Assembly: GCA_963720755.1 (NCBI GenBank)
Contig: CAVRGP010000013.1
Span: 241,780 to 305,779 of the forward strand
DNA length: 64,000 nt
Reading direction: 5' to 3'
Source: an uncultured Chloroflexia bacterium
GTDB lineage: Bacteria; Chloroflexota; Limnocylindria; Limnocylindrales; CSP1-4
The position numbers and the translations under genes were made by a program. Positions 9,454 to 23,484 of the stretch are shown here, in pieces (the first letter of the stretch is position 1; every line of letters begins with the position of its first letter). Under the pieces are notes generated by a model that was not told the origin of the DNA, made no database searches, and worked only from the letters and a program-made list of their open reading frames with translations.

Positions 9454-10977
9454 ATGGCCACTGATCCGAAGACGACCCTGGTCCCAGCCTCGGACAGGGC
9501 ACCGTCCAGCTGGGGTCTTGGCGACGGTCAGGCGATCCCGTGGGACTACGCCCCGGCCCCGGAAGCCCGCGACATCGTCACCATCCGCGAACGGTACGGT
9601 CTGTTCATCGGCGGCCGCGAAGTCCCGGCCGAAGGCGGTGCGACCTTCACCACCATCGATCCGTCGACGGAAGAGACCCTCGCGGTCGTCGCTCGGGCGA
9701 CACCGGCCGACGCCGACAAGGCGGTCCGGGCCGCGCGCCGGGCACAGACCCGCTCGTGGGGCACGCTCCCGGGGCGGGAACGGGCGAAGTACCTGTTCCG
9801 GATCGCCCGGATCCTTCAGGAACGCAGCCGCGAGTTCGCGGTCCTCGAATCGATGGACACGGGCAAGCCGATCAAGGAGAGCCGGGACGTCGACGTGCCG
9901 CTCGCCGCGGCCCACTTCTGGTACTACGCGGGATGGGCGGACAAGCTCGAGTACGCGTTCCCGGGTCGGGTCGCCCGCCCTCTCGGCGTGGCCGCCCAGA
10001 TCATCCCGTGGAACTTCCCGCTGCTCATGCTGTCGTGGAAGATCGCCCCGGCGTTGGCCGCCGGCAACACGGTCGTCCTCAAGCCGGCCTCGACGACGCC
10101 GCTGTCCGCTCTCCTGTTCGCCGATGTCTGCCGCCAGGCCGATCTGCCGCCGGGCGTCGTCAACATCCTGACCGGACCGGGTGAGACCGGGATGGCGCTG
10201 GTGACCCACAAGGGCGTGGACAAGGTCGCGTTCACCGGTTCGACCGAGATCGGCAAGCGGATCGCGGCCGGCGTGGCCGGGACGGACAAGGCCCTGACCC
10301 TCGAGCTCGGCGGCAAGGCCGCCAACATCGTGTTCGACGATGCGCCACTCGACCAGGCCGTCGAGGGGATCGTCAACGGGATCTACTTCAACCAGGGCGA
10401 GGTGTGCTGCGCGGGATCCCGCCTGCTCGTCCAGGAATCGATCGAGCGGCCACTCATCGACAAGTTGAAGGACCGGCTGTCGACGATCCGGGTCGGCGAT
10501 CCGCTCGACAAGAACACGGACGTGGGCGCCATCAACTCGAAGGCCCAGCTCGAGAAGATCACCGAGCTCGTCGCTTCCGGGGTCGCCGAGGGTGCCGAGC
10601 TGTACCAGCCGGCCTGCGAACTGCCCGACCGCGGCTACTTCTTCCGACCGACCCTGTTCACCAATGTCGCCCAGAGCCACCGGATCGCCCGTGAGGAGAT
10701 CTTCGGACCCGTCCTGTCGGTCCTGACCTTCCGGACGCCCGACGAGGCGGTCGAAAAGGCCAACAACACGGTCTACGGCCTGTCCGCCGGGATCTGGACG
10801 GACAAGGGTTCGCGGATCCTGGAGATGGCCCAGCGCATGCGGGCCGGCGTGGTGTGGGCCAACACGTTCAACCGGTTCGACCCGACCTCGCCGTTCGGTG
10901 GCTACAAGGAATCCGGGTTCGGGCGAGAAGGCGGGATGCACGGCCTGCACGCCTACGTCCGGCTGGAGGATCGCTGA
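9454..10977 (+). CDS. Aldehyde dehydrogenase (catalytic)
   Basis: IIPWNFP, FTGSTEIG, LELGGK, catalytic GEVCCAGS, EEIFGP; start 9454 lies 7 nt after CATAAT. Confidence 0.93.
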   Translation: MATDPKTTLVPASDRAPSSWGLGDGQAIPWDYAPAPEARDIVTIRERYGLFIGGREVPAEGGATFTTIDPSTEETLAVVARATPADADKAVRAARRAQTRSWGTLPGRERAKYLFRIARILQERSREFAVLESMDTGKPIKESRDVDVPLAAAHFWYYAGWADKLEYAFPGRVARPLGVAAQIIPWNFPLLMLSWKIAPALAAGNTVVLKPASTTPLSALLFADVCRQADLPPGVVNILTGPGETGMALVTHKGVDKVAFTGSTEIGKRIAAGVAGTDKALTLELGGKAANIVFDDAPLDQAVEGIVNGIYFNQGEVCCAGSRLLVQESIERPLIDKLKDRLSTIRVGDPLDKNTDVGAINSKAQLEKITELVASGVAEGAELYQPACELPDRGYFFRPTLFTNVAQSHRIAREEIFGPVLSVLTFRTPDEAVEKANNTVYGLSAGIWTDKGSRILEMAQRMRAGVVWANTFNRFDPTSPFGGYKESGFGREGGMHGLHAYVRLEDR

Positions 10978-11017
10978 TGCGCGGTCGCACGCCAGATCAA
11001 TGGGGCGGAGCCGGCCG

Positions 11018-11908
11018 ATGACCGTGGAGCGCATCGACGTCCGCAAGACGTACAAGCTGTACATCGGCGGCGCCTTCCCGCGCACCGAATCTGGTCGGTC
11101 GTACCTCGTGTCGGCGGCCGACGGTACACCGATCGCGAATGCCTGCCGGGCCTCGCGCAAGGACGTTCGAGACGCCGTTCGGTCCGCTCGCAAGGCGTTC
11201 GGCGGCTGGGCCGGCAAGACCGCGATGAACCGCGGACAGATCCTCTACCGGGTGGCGGAGTTGATGGAGGGCCGGCGGGATCAGTTCATCGCCGAAGTGG
11301 AGACGGCGGAGGGCCTCCGAGCGGCCGCGGCGCGCAACGTCGTGGACCACGCCATCGATCGATGGGTCTGGTACGCGGGCTGGGCGGACAAGATCAGCCA
11401 GGTCCTCGGCTCGTCCAATCCGGTCGCGGCGCCGTATTTCAACTTCACGATCCCCGAGCCGACCGGGGTCGTCGGGGTGGTCGCCCCGGAAACGTCCTCG
11501 CTGCTCGGGCTCGTCAGCCGGCTCGCCCCACCACTCGTCGCCGGGAACACCGTCGTCCTCGTCGCCAGCGAGGGTCGTCCGCTGCCCGCCGTGACCCTGA
11601 CCGAGGTCCTGGCCACGTCCGACGTGCCGGGCGGCGTCGTCAACGTCCTGACCGGCCGGAAGACGGAACTCGTCCCGGTCCTGGCCGCCCACGCCGACGT
11701 CGATGCGCTCGATACCTGGGGCGTGCCCGACGCGATGCGGCGCGACGTGGAGTTGCTGGCCGCCGAAGACATCAAGCGGCTGTCTCGCCGACCGACCAAG
11801 GTCGCCGAGGCGCGCTTCGACTGGCTCGATGACGCGGCAACGGAGCGACCCGAGTGGATCGCCGCCTTCCTCGAGATGAAGACGGTCTGGCATCCGATCG
11901 GCGGCTGA
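11018..11908 (+). CDS. Truncated aldehyde dehydrogenase-like protein (Rossmann part only)
   Basis: KTYKLYIGGAFPRTESGR, EPTGVVGV, VPGGVVNVLTG; no ELGGK and no catalytic Cys domain; ends KTVWHPIG. Confidence 0.85.
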   Translation: MTVERIDVRKTYKLYIGGAFPRTESGRSYLVSAADGTPIANACRASRKDVRDAVRSARKAFGGWAGKTAMNRGQILYRVAELMEGRRDQFIAEVETAEGLRAAAARNVVDHAIDRWVWYAGWADKISQVLGSSNPVAAPYFNFTIPEPTGVVGVVAPETSSLLGLVSRLAPPLVAGNTVVLVASEGRPLPAVTLTEVLATSDVPGGVVNVLTGRKTELVPVLAAHADVDALDTWGVPDAMRRDVELLAAEDIKRLSRRPTKVAEARFDWLDDAATERPEWIAAFLEMKTVWHPIGG

Positions 11909-11911
11909 GGG

Positions 11912-12433
11912 ATGGCGGTCGGGACCGGCGATGGCACGCCGGATCGTGACATGGGTCGGCCGGGGTCGGTCGAGCATGGCCGGGTCGAGCGCCGGGTCTT
12001 CGTGCTCGCCACGCCCCGGACCGTCTGGACGACCATCCACGATCCGGCCCTGACGAGCCTGATCTTCCCGGAACTCCGGCTGGGCCCGGCGTCGCCGACC
12101 TGGCCGGCCGCGGCAACGACACGATCGGCGAGCGCGCGGCTGGGACTGCTGCGCGATCAGGCCCGGGTGGAGAGCCTCGAGGCGCGACCGGATTCGCGGT
12201 TCCGGATGCGGGTGACCGGGTCGGGCTTCGACAGCGAGTGGAGCTGGCGGCTGGAGCCGGTCGCGGGCGGGACGAAGGTCATCCACGCGGCCACCTTCGA
12301 GCCCTTCGATCGCTGGACCGGGATCCTCGTCCGGCTGGGCCGGGCATCGCTGGCGAGCCGCGTCGAGGCGCACCTGCGGGTCCTCAAGGAACGCGCCGAG
12401 GCCAAGCAGCGGAGCACGAACCCCGGCGCCTGA
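11912..12433 (+). CDS. SRPBCC/polyketide cyclase-like protein
   Basis: ATPRTVW...WRLEPVAGGTKV...LRVLKERAE pattern. Confidence 0.7.
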   Translation: MAVGTGDGTPDRDMGRPGSVEHGRVERRVFVLATPRTVWTTIHDPALTSLIFPELRLGPASPTWPAAATTRSASARLGLLRDQARVESLEARPDSRFRMRVTGSGFDSEWSWRLEPVAGGTKVIHAATFEPFDRWTGILVRLGRASLASRVEAHLRVLKERAEAKQRSTNPGA

Positions 12434-12464
12434 TTCCGCTACTGTGCATGCGGAAGGGAGCGCC

Positions 12465-13367
12465 ATGTCGACCGTCATCCACGCCGAACGTCTGACCAAG
12501 ATGTATGGCGAGCACCGTGGCATCACCGAGCTGGATCTTGAGGTCGCCGAGGGCGAGGTCTTCGGTTTTCTCGGGCCCAACGGGGCCGGCAAGACGACGA
12601 CCATGCGGATCCTCCTCGATCTCCTCCGACCGACATCCGGCCGGGCCGAGGTCTTCGGCATCGAGACGACCGCGGACCCGGTCGCGATCCACCGTCGGGT
12701 CGGCTACCTGCCCGGCGAGTTCGACCTGTACGACCGACTGACCGGCGCCCAGACCATCACCTACTTCGGGAACCTGCGCGGCGGCGTCGACCGGGCCTAC
12801 GTGGCCGACCTCGTCGAGCGGCTCGACCTCGATCCCAGCCGTCGGTTCAAGGAGTACTCGAAGGGCAACAAGCAGAAGGTCGCCCTGATCGTCGCGCTCC
12901 AGCACCGACCCGACCTGCTCATCCTCGACGAGCCGACCGCCGGCCTGGATCCGCTCATCCAGCAGACGTTCTTCGGGCTGGTCCGGGAAGCGCGCGAGGC
13001 GGGCCGGACGATCTTCCTGTCCTCGCACATCATCGATGAGGTCGACCGGACGTGCGACCGCGTTGCCATCATCCGGGAGGGGCGGCTCGTCCAGGTCGAT
13101 CGCATCGAGGCGATCCGGAGGCTGGCCTTCCATCATGTCGAGGTCCAGTTCCGATCGCCGGTCGCCCCGGCCGTGTTCGACGGCATCGATGGGGTCACCG
13201 AGGTCGTGGCGGATGGCGACTCGATCATGATGCGGGTCAGCGGCCCGATCGGCGCGGTCGTCGCCGCCGCCGCCCCGCACGGGATCGTGGACATCGTCAG
13301 CCGCGAGCCGAACCTCGAAGACGTGTTCCTCGCCCAGTACGGCGAGCATCCGGCCGGCAATGTGTGA
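12465..13367 (+). CDS. ABC transporter ATP-binding protein
   Basis: [23 protein letters not shown]; SD GGGAG. Confidence 0.93.
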   Translation: MSTVIHAERLTKMYGEHRGITELDLEVAEGEVFGFLGPNGAGKTTTMRILLDLLRPTSGRAEVFGIETTADPVAIHRRVGYLPGEFDLYDRLTGAQTITYFGNLRGGVDRAYVADLVERLDLDPSRRFKEYSKGNKQKVALIVALQHRPDLLILDEPTAGLDPLIQQTFFGLVREAREAGRTIFLSSHIIDEVDRTCDRVAIIREGRLVQVDRIEAIRRLAFHHVEVQFRSPVAPAVFDGIDGVTEVVADGDSIMMRVSGPIGAVVAAAAPHGIVDIVSREPNLEDVFLAQYGEHPAGNV

Positions 13368-13397
13368 TCGACCGGTGATCGCGCGATCGGCCGCGCG

Positions 13398-15077
13398 GTG
13401 ACGACGGCGTCGCGGACCCTGACCCCGCCCGGGCGATGGTCCCGGATCGCAGGTCTCGGGACGATCTACGGCAAGACGGTCCGGGATGGCCGTCGAGCGG
13501 CCCTGGTCGTCGGTGGCGTCGCCGCCCTGTTCATGGTCGGGACCGGGGCGCCCTATGGGTTCGCCCCGGAATTCTCCACCGTCGAACTCCGGCGAGCCTT
13601 CATCGAAGGTCTGACATCGCTGCCGCCGGCCCTCCGCGGCCTGCTCGGCGAACCGATCAACCTCGAGACGATGGGCGGTTTCCTGTCCTGGCGGGTCGGG
13701 AACTTCCTGCCGGTCGTCCTCGGGCTGTGGCCGGTGCTCGCCCTGTCCGGGACGCTCGCCGGCGAAGCCGCAAAGGGGAGTCTCGACCTGCTCGCAGCGA
13801 CACCGCAGGGCCGGCGGACGATCGCCCTAGAGAAGCTGGCCGGCCACGTCACCATGGTCATCCTGGCGATGCTCATCCTCGCCGCCACGATCTGGGCGGT
13901 CGGGGCGATCTTCGGATCGCTCCCGGGCGACGAGATCCCGATGACGGCGGCGCTCGGGCAGGTCGTCCTGTATGGCGTGATGATGCTGACGGTCGGAGGC
14001 GTCGCGTTCGCGACCGCTCCGTGGCTGGGTCGGACGCGCGCGGCGGCATTCGGGTTGATCGCCCTGTTCGGCAGCTACCTGGTTACCAGCTACGCCAGCC
14101 TGTCGCCGGCCATCGAGGCACTCAGCCCACTGTCGTTCTTCACCTGGACCGCGGGCCACCGACCGATGGCCGGCGTCACCGACTGGACCTCGGTCGCGAT
14201 CCTGGCCGGGATCGATGTGGTCCTGTTCGCGATCGGGACGCTCGCCTTCGCCCGGCGCGACCTCGGGAGCGTGGCGAACGTCGGCTGGCTGCGGCTGCCC
14301 TCCCTGCCGGCCGGGACCGGCGGCCCGTTCACCCGGCAACTGAGCGACCGGACCGCGATGGCCCTGGCCTGGGGCCTGGGGATGGGCGTGTTCGGGATGC
14401 TCATCGCCGTCTCCGCGGACGCCTTCCGCGAGATGATCGTGAAGCTGCCCCAGATCGCCGCGATCATCTCGGCCATCTACCCGGGACTCGACCTGACCCA
14501 GCCGTCGGCGATCCTGGAGTTGTCGTTCTTCAGTTTCGGCTCGTTCCTGCTCGGTCTGGCCGGCGCCTCGTTCCTGGCCGGCTGGGCGAGCGACGAAGAT
14601 CGGCGACGACTCGAGGCCGTCCTCACCACGCCCGTCTCGCGGTCGCGCTGGGCGCTCCAGAGCGCGATCGGTGTCCTCGTTGCCGTGGCCATCGTGGCCG
14701 CCGTCGCGACCGTCCTGATCGGGATCGCCGTCGCGGCCCAGGGCGGCGACGTCGTCACGCCAAGCATCGGGATCGGCATCCTGGGCCTCGCTGCGGCCGG
14801 CTTCACCGGCGTCGGCCTGGCCGTCGGTGGCCTGGTCCGGTCATCGCTGGCCGCCGGCGTGACCGGGTTCCTGGTCATCGCCACCCTGCTGCTCGATACG
14901 CTCGGACCCGCGCTCCGATTGCCGGACCCCATCATCCAGCTGTCGCTGTACTCGCACCTCGGCCAGCCCATCGCCGGCATCTACGACCCCGTCGGCCTCG
15001 CCGTGTCGGCGATCATGGTCGTCGGTGGCGTCGGGCTCTGCGCATTCGGCCTCAGCCGTCGAGACATCGGCCGGTAG
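13398..15077 (+). CDS. ABC-2 type exporter permease (duplicated halves)
   Basis: About 12 TM in two similar halves (GEAAKGSLDLL / DEDRRRLEAVLTTPVSR); follows the ATPase. Confidence 0.8.
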   Translation: MTTASRTLTPPGRWSRIAGLGTIYGKTVRDGRRAALVVGGVAALFMVGTGAPYGFAPEFSTVELRRAFIEGLTSLPPALRGLLGEPINLETMGGFLSWRVGNFLPVVLGLWPVLALSGTLAGEAAKGSLDLLAATPQGRRTIALEKLAGHVTMVILAMLILAATIWAVGAIFGSLPGDEIPMTAALGQVVLYGVMMLTVGGVAFATAPWLGRTRAAAFGLIALFGSYLVTSYASLSPAIEALSPLSFFTWTAGHRPMAGVTDWTSVAILAGIDVVLFAIGTLAFARRDLGSVANVGWLRLPSLPAGTGGPFTRQLSDRTAMALAWGLGMGVFGMLIAVSADAFREMIVKLPQIAAIISAIYPGLDLTQPSAILELSFFSFGSFLLGLAGASFLAGWASDEDRRRLEAVLTTPVSRSRWALQSAIGVLVAVAIVAAVATVLIGIAVAAQGGDVVTPSIGIGILGLAAAGFTGVGLAVGGLVRSSLAAGVTGFLVIATLLLDTLGPALRLPDPIIQLSLYSHLGQPIAGIYDPVGLAVSAIMVVGGVGLCAFGLSRRDIGR

Positions 15078-15086
15078 CGGCCGTCG

Positions 15087-15992
15087 GTGCAACCCTGGGT
15101 CATCGGCCTGGTCGCCTTCTCGGCGATCCTGCACCTCGCCTGGAACGTTCGACTCAAGACCGCCGGCGATCCGCTTCGGGCGGCGACGATCGGGATGGTC
15201 GCCGGCTCCGTGGTCATCGTCCCGATCGGCTTCGCCGTGTGGTGGATCCAGGGGCAGGCCCCGCTGCCCATCGAAGGGCTCATCCTCGGGCTGGCATCGG
15301 GGATCGTCGAGGGCGTCTACTTCATCCTGCTCGCGGCCGCCTATCGTCGTGGCGACCTGTCGGTCGTCTACCCCCTTGCGCGGGGCACGGCCCCTCTGCT
15401 CGCGGTCATCATCGGGGTCGGTCTGTTCGGGGAGCGGCTCGGGCTGGCAGGATCGATCGGGGTCATCGCCCTCCTGACCGGGTTCATGGTGTTGCAGCGA
15501 CCGTGGCGGGCGATCGCCAGGGCTCGATCCGGGATCGGCGTGGCGGGCCGGTCAGCGGCGGATAGCGCCATCCTGTTCGCGCTTGCGACCGGGGTGATGA
15601 TCGCGACCTACACCGCGATCGATCGGGCCGGGACGCGCCAGATCGACCCCGTCCCGTATGCCGCCATCCTGACCGTCACCTGCGCCATCGTCCTGGTGGG
15701 CTGGGTGGCGTTCGTCGCCGGCGGCGATCTGCTGCGCTACGGCCCGGAGGCATCGCGCCGGGCCGCGATCGGCGGCTGGATGACCCTGGCCGCGTACCTG
15801 TGCATCCTGGTCGCGCTCAGCGTCGCTCCGTTGTCTGGCGTTGCGCCGCTGCGCGAGTCGGCGACGGTCTTCGCGGCCGCCTGGGGCGCCGTCCGGATGG
15901 GTGAGGCGACCGATCGTCGTGAAGCCGGCCGCCGGATCGGAGCCTCCGTTCTGATCGTCGGTGGCGCACTGCTTCTGGCCGCGGGGGGCTGA
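15087..15992 (+). CDS. EamA/DMT family transporter
   Basis: AYRRGDLSVVYPLARG, VAPLRES; 10 TM. Confidence 0.85.
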   Translation: MQPWVIGLVAFSAILHLAWNVRLKTAGDPLRAATIGMVAGSVVIVPIGFAVWWIQGQAPLPIEGLILGLASGIVEGVYFILLAAAYRRGDLSVVYPLARGTAPLLAVIIGVGLFGERLGLAGSIGVIALLTGFMVLQRPWRAIARARSGIGVAGRSAADSAILFALATGVMIATYTAIDRAGTRQIDPVPYAAILTVTCAIVLVGWVAFVAGGDLLRYGPEASRRAAIGGWMTLAAYLCILVALSVAPLSGVAPLRESATVFAAAWGAVRMGEATDRREAGRRIGASVLIVGGALLLAAGG

Positions 15993-16015
15993 GGCGGATC
16001 AGCCGGTCCCTCGCG

Positions 16016-16939
16016 TCAGACGGCCTCGATCGGCGGCACCCGGCCGAAGACTCGGCGCCGGCCGAACCGGCTGTTGACGATGCCGATCCCGGCGATGACG
16101 AGGCCGGTGCCGACGATCAGGCTCGCGTCGACCGGCTCCTGCAGGACGAGGTAGCCGAGGACGATCCCGACGACCGGGATCAAGTAGGAGACGAGGGTCG
16201 TCCGGGTGGCGCCCCAATGAGCGAACAGCCGGAACACGGCCAGGTAGGCCAGTCCGGATCCCAGGACGCCCAACCACAGGATCGCGAAGATCGCCTCGCC
16301 ATCCGGCCGAGCCGTCCAGGGTCGTTCCAGTGCCAGCGCGAGGACCCCGGTGATGATCGCCGCGAACGTCACCTGGAAGACGGCCGGGATCATCGGCGCC
16401 AGGCCGCGGACGTTCCGGCGCGAATAGACCGCGCCACAGGCGTAGCTGAACGAGGCACCCAGGAGGGCGAGCTCACCGGTGACCGACGATCCCTCGCCGG
16501 TCAGGCCGCGGCTGGTGATGATGACGACCCCGATGAAGCCGACGATCAATCCGGCCACGCCGTTGACCCGCATCGGCTCGTCGACCAGGAAGATCGCCGA
16601 CAGGACGATCGCGAAGAGTGGCACCGGCGACGTCAGGATCGCCGCCAGTGACGACTCGACCGACCGCTCGGCCCAGGTGATCAGCAGGAACGGGATCGTG
16701 ATGTTGACGATGGCCATCACGACCAGGTGGCCATAGGTCCGGCGGTCCCTCGGGAGCGGCGGGCGAGCGACGCGGACCACGGTCCACAGGAGCAGCGCGC
16801 CGACGGTCAGACGGAGAGCGACCAGCGTGAAGGTGCCGAAATCGCCGACGGCGAGCTTGATGAACAGGTAGCTCGAGCCCCACATGAACCCGAGTCCGAA
16901 GAAGACCAGCCAGTCCGTCCGGTTGCTCGATCCACGCAT
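16016..16939 (-). CDS. EamA/DMT family transporter
   Basis: MWGSSYLFIK, VSYLIPVVGIVLG; 10 TM. Confidence 0.88.
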   Translation of the reverse strand: MRGSSNRTDWLVFFGLGFMWGSSYLFIKLAVGDFGTFTLVALRLTVGALLLWTVVRVARPPLPRDRRTYGHLVVMAIVNITIPFLLITWAERSVESSLAAILTSPVPLFAIVLSAIFLVDEPMRVNGVAGLIVGFIGVVIITSRGLTGEGSSVTGELALLGASFSYACGAVYSRRNVRGLAPMIPAVFQVTFAAIITGVLALALERPWTARPDGEAIFAILWLGVLGSGLAYLAVFRLFAHWGATRTTLVSYLIPVVGIVLGYLVLQEPVDASLIVGTGLVIAGIGIVNSRFGRRRVFGRVPPIEAV

Positions 16940-17020
16940 CGGTGCATCCTACCCGGCGGGGTCGTCGCCGGGACCTCGCCGGGGCGATCCGTCCATCCGG
17001 CCCGGTCAGCCGGACCGTGA

Positions 17021-20026
<3,006 letters not shown>

Positions 20027-20029
20027 CCG

Positions 20030-22279
20030 ATGTCGATCACCTGGAACCCGGAGTCCCGGACCCTCCACCTCCGGAACGACTTCGTCAGCTACGTTCTGCG
20101 CGTCCATGACGACGGGAGACTTGGCCAGATCCATGTCGGGGCTCCCCTCGCCGTCGACCGGGTCCTGGCCGGTGTCGCGTCTCCTGAGGTCTTCGAGCGT
20201 GAGGGCCTCGATCTCCACGGTCGTCCGCCGGTCGCGGTGGCCTACCCGACGACCGGGACGGGCGACTACCGGATCCCGGCCCTGACGGTCGAGCTGGCGG
20301 ACGGCTCGACCGTCGTCGACTTGCGCTACATCGAGCACCGGATCGTGGCGGGCAAGCCCGACTGGCCCGAGAACCCGTTGCCGACCACGTATGTCGAGGC
20401 CGACGACGAGGCCGACACGCTCGTCGTCACCCTGGCCGATGGGCTCAGCGGGCTGACGGTCGAACTGGCCTTCACGATCTTCGCCGACCGTCCGGTCGTC
20501 GCCCGGAGTGCCCGGATCCGGAACGACGGCACGGACTCGATCCAGCTCAACGCCGCCATGAGCCTGTCCGTGGATCTGCCCGACGCGGACTGGCACCGGC
20601 TCCAGCTGAGCGGCACCTGGGCGCGCGAGAACCATGTCGTGACCGGGCCGCTGCGGCCGGGCCGCCAGTCGGTCGGGAGCGACCGCGGCGCCTCGAGTCA
20701 CCAGCACAACCCGTTCATGGCCCTCGTTCGGCCGACGACGACCGAGGCGACGGGTGAGGTCTACGGCTTCAGCCTCGTCTACTCCGGCAACTTCATCGCG
20801 GAGGCCGAGGTCGACACCCACGGCACGACCCGGATCCGGCTCGGCATCAGCCCCGACACGTTCCGCTGGGCCCTTCAACCAGGGGAGGCGTTCGTCACGC
20901 CGGAAGCCATCGTCGTCTATTCGGACCATGGCCTCGGCGGGATGAGCGATGCCTTCCACGGTCTGTTCCGGGAGCGACTGGCCCGTGGCGTGTGGCGCGA
21001 TGCGCCGCGACCGATCCTCCTCAACAACTGGGAAGCGACCTACTTCGACTTCGACCAGCCCAAGCTGCTGCGCATCGCCAGCGCCGCTCGCGACCTGGGC
21101 GTCGAGCTGTTCGTCCTCGACGACGGCTGGTACGGGAAGCGCGATTCGGACGACTCGTCGCTGGGCGACTGGTTCGTCGACCGGGCCAAGCTGCCCGACG
21201 GTCTCGACGGCCTGGGACGACAGGTCGAGGCCCTGGGACTGCGGTTCGGGGTGTGGATCGAGCCGGAGATGATCAGCCCGCGCAGCCGTCTGTTCGAGGC
21301 CCATCCGGACTGGGCGATCGGCGTGCCGGGCCGGCCGAGGACGGAGAGCCGCCGTCAGCTCGTGCTCGACATGTCCCGCCCGGAGATCGTGGACCACCTG
21401 TTCGGCGCCCTGTCCGACGTGTTCGCGACGGCCCCGATCTCGTACGTCAAGTGGGACATGAACCGGACCATCACCGAGCCGTACAGCCTGGCCCTTCCGG
21501 CCGAGCGACAGGGTGAGTTCTTCCATCGCCACATCCTCGGCGTGTACGACCTGTATCGCCGCCTGACGACGGCCTTTCCGAACATCCTGTTCGAATCGTG
21601 TGCGGGCGGTGGCGGGCGGTTCGATCCGGGCATGCTGGCCTTCGCGCCGCAGGCATGGACGAGCGACGACACCGATGCCATCGAGCGGCTGAAGATCCAG
21701 TGGGGAACGTCGCTGGCCTACCCGATCAGTTCGATGGGCGCCCACGTCGCCGCTGCCCCCAACCACCAGACCGGCCGGATCACCCCGATCGAGACGCGCG
21801 CCGCGGTGGCCTTCTTCGGTGCGTTCGGCTACGAGCTCGATCCGACCGCCCTGAGCGACGCCGACCGGACGGCCATCGCCGACCAGATCGCGTTCTACAA
21901 GGTCCATCGGACGACGTTCCAGTACGGCCGGTTCGTCCGCCTGCGCAGCCCGTTCGAACCCGGCCGCGACGATACCGCCTGGATGGTCGTCTCGCCCGAC
22001 GGATCGAGCGCCATCGTGGCCTACGTCAAGGCGCTCAACGAACCCACCCCGCCGAGCGACCGGCTGCGCCTCCGCGGGCTCGATCCGGCGGCGGCCTATC
22101 GCGTGGAAGGTTGGCCCCACAAGGACGACCCGCTCGTCATCGACAACGCGGGCCTCCGCGGCGGTGACGAGTTGATGGCGGTCGGGCTGTCGCTCGAGGC
22201 CCACCGTCACGATGCGGCCCGATGGGGTGATTTCCGGGCCTGGCTGTTCGTCCTGGAGCGGGACGGCGGGCAGGGCTAG
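20030..22279 (+). CDS. Alpha-galactosidase, GH36
   Basis: LNNWEATYF, FVLDDGWYG, YVKWDMNR, ESCAGGGGRFD, WTSDDTD. Confidence 0.92.
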   Translation: MSITWNPESRTLHLRNDFVSYVLRVHDDGRLGQIHVGAPLAVDRVLAGVASPEVFEREGLDLHGRPPVAVAYPTTGTGDYRIPALTVELADGSTVVDLRYIEHRIVAGKPDWPENPLPTTYVEADDEADTLVVTLADGLSGLTVELAFTIFADRPVVARSARIRNDGTDSIQLNAAMSLSVDLPDADWHRLQLSGTWARENHVVTGPLRPGRQSVGSDRGASSHQHNPFMALVRPTTTEATGEVYGFSLVYSGNFIAEAEVDTHGTTRIRLGISPDTFRWALQPGEAFVTPEAIVVYSDHGLGGMSDAFHGLFRERLARGVWRDAPRPILLNNWEATYFDFDQPKLLRIASAARDLGVELFVLDDGWYGKRDSDDSSLGDWFVDRAKLPDGLDGLGRQVEALGLRFGVWIEPEMISPRSRLFEAHPDWAIGVPGRPRTESRRQLVLDMSRPEIVDHLFGALSDVFATAPISYVKWDMNRTITEPYSLALPAERQGEFFHRHILGVYDLYRRLTTAFPNILFESCAGGGGRFDPGMLAFAPQAWTSDDTDAIERLKIQWGTSLAYPISSMGAHVAAAPNHQTGRITPIETRAAVAFFGAFGYELDPTALSDADRTAIADQIAFYKVHRTTFQYGRFVRLRSPFEPGRDDTAWMVVSPDGSSAIVAYVKALNEPTPPSDRLRLRGLDPAAAYRVEGWPHKDDPLVIDNAGLRGGDELMAVGLSLEAHRHDAARWGDFRAWLFVLERDGGQG

Positions 22280-22281
22280 CG

Positions 22282-23484
22282 TTGTCTCGTCGATGGCGAC
22301 TCCGCGATGTGCCCGACCCTGAGCGTCTGCGCGTCCGCCTCGCCGATCGGGATCCGATCGCCGCGGCAGCCGGCACGACGGCGATCTCCGTGGTTCGGGC
22401 GCCCGGCCGGGTCAACCTGATCGGGGAGCACACGGACTACAACGACGGCTTCGTCATGCCGGCGGCGATCGGCCTGGAGATCCGCATGGCATTCGTCCGG
22501 ACCGATGACCGCCGGGTCGAGATCACCCTCGATGACTCCGGCGAGCGGCAGACCTTCAACCTGGACGCGATCGGCCCTCGGTCCGGGTCGTGGATCGACT
22601 ACGTGGCCGGGACGGCCTGGGCGCTGCGCGACAGCGGGCGACCGATGCATGGGTTCCGCGGGATCCTCGCCAGCAACCTTCCCCGGGGAGCCGGCCTGTC
22701 GTCGTCGGCGGCGCTGGAGATGGCCGCGGCCCTCGCCCTGCTCGACGACGGTCCGGACATCGAACCGGGGATCCGGGCGCGGGCCGGCCAGCGAGCCGAG
22801 AACGCCTATGTCGGCGTCCAGTCCGGGATCATGGATCAGTTCGCGTCCGCGGCGGGGATCGCCGACCATGCCATCCTGCTCGACTGCCGCTCGCTCGACT
22901 GGCGGCCTGTCCCGCTGCCGCTCGATCGCTACGCGATCGTCGTCTGCCACAGCGGGTCATCGCACAAGCACGATGCCTCCGGCTACAACGATCGTCGGGC
23001 CGATTGCGAGCGCGCCGTGGCGGCCATCGCCACCCTGGACCCCGGGGTGACCTCGCTCAGGGACGTGGACGAGACGCTCCTGGAGGAGGCCGCCGACCGG
23101 ATGGATGCGGTCGCGGTCAGCCGGGCCCGCCACATCGTCGAAGAGAACCGCCGCGTCCTGGAAACGGAGCGGGCGCTGGCTGCCGGAGACATGGCCGCGG
23201 TCGGACGGTTGTTCGGGGAGAGTCATGCCTCGATGCGCGACCTCTACGAGATCAGCACGCCCGGGCTCGATGCCCTGGTCGAGATCGCCGCCGAGACCGA
23301 GGGCGTGGCCGCCGCGCGGATGACCGGAGGCGGGTTTGGCGGATCGACGGTCAACCTCGTGGAGCGCGACCGCGTCGCGGCATTCCGGACAGCGATCGAG
23401 CGCGATTATCCGGCTCGGACCGGGCTCCACCCGCGGGTGATCGAGGTCGACGCGGTCGCGGGGGCGAGCATCATCGCCGACTGA
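22282..23484 (+). CDS. galK: Galactokinase (start uncertain; GTG 22309 possible)
   Basis: APGRVNLIGEHTDYN, GAGLSSSAA, RMTGGGFGG. Confidence 0.93.
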   Translation: MSRRWRLRDVPDPERLRVRLADRDPIAAAAGTTAISVVRAPGRVNLIGEHTDYNDGFVMPAAIGLEIRMAFVRTDDRRVEITLDDSGERQTFNLDAIGPRSGSWIDYVAGTAWALRDSGRPMHGFRGILASNLPRGAGLSSSAALEMAAALALLDDGPDIEPGIRARAGQRAENAYVGVQSGIMDQFASAAGIADHAILLDCRSLDWRPVPLPLDRYAIVVCHSGSSHKHDASGYNDRRADCERAVAAIATLDPGVTSLRDVDETLLEEAADRMDAVAVSRARHIVEENRRVLETERALAAGDMAAVGRLFGESHASMRDLYEISTPGLDALVEIAAETEGVAAARMTGGGFGGSTVNLVERDRVAAFRTAIERDYPARTGLHPRVIEVDAVAGASIIAD

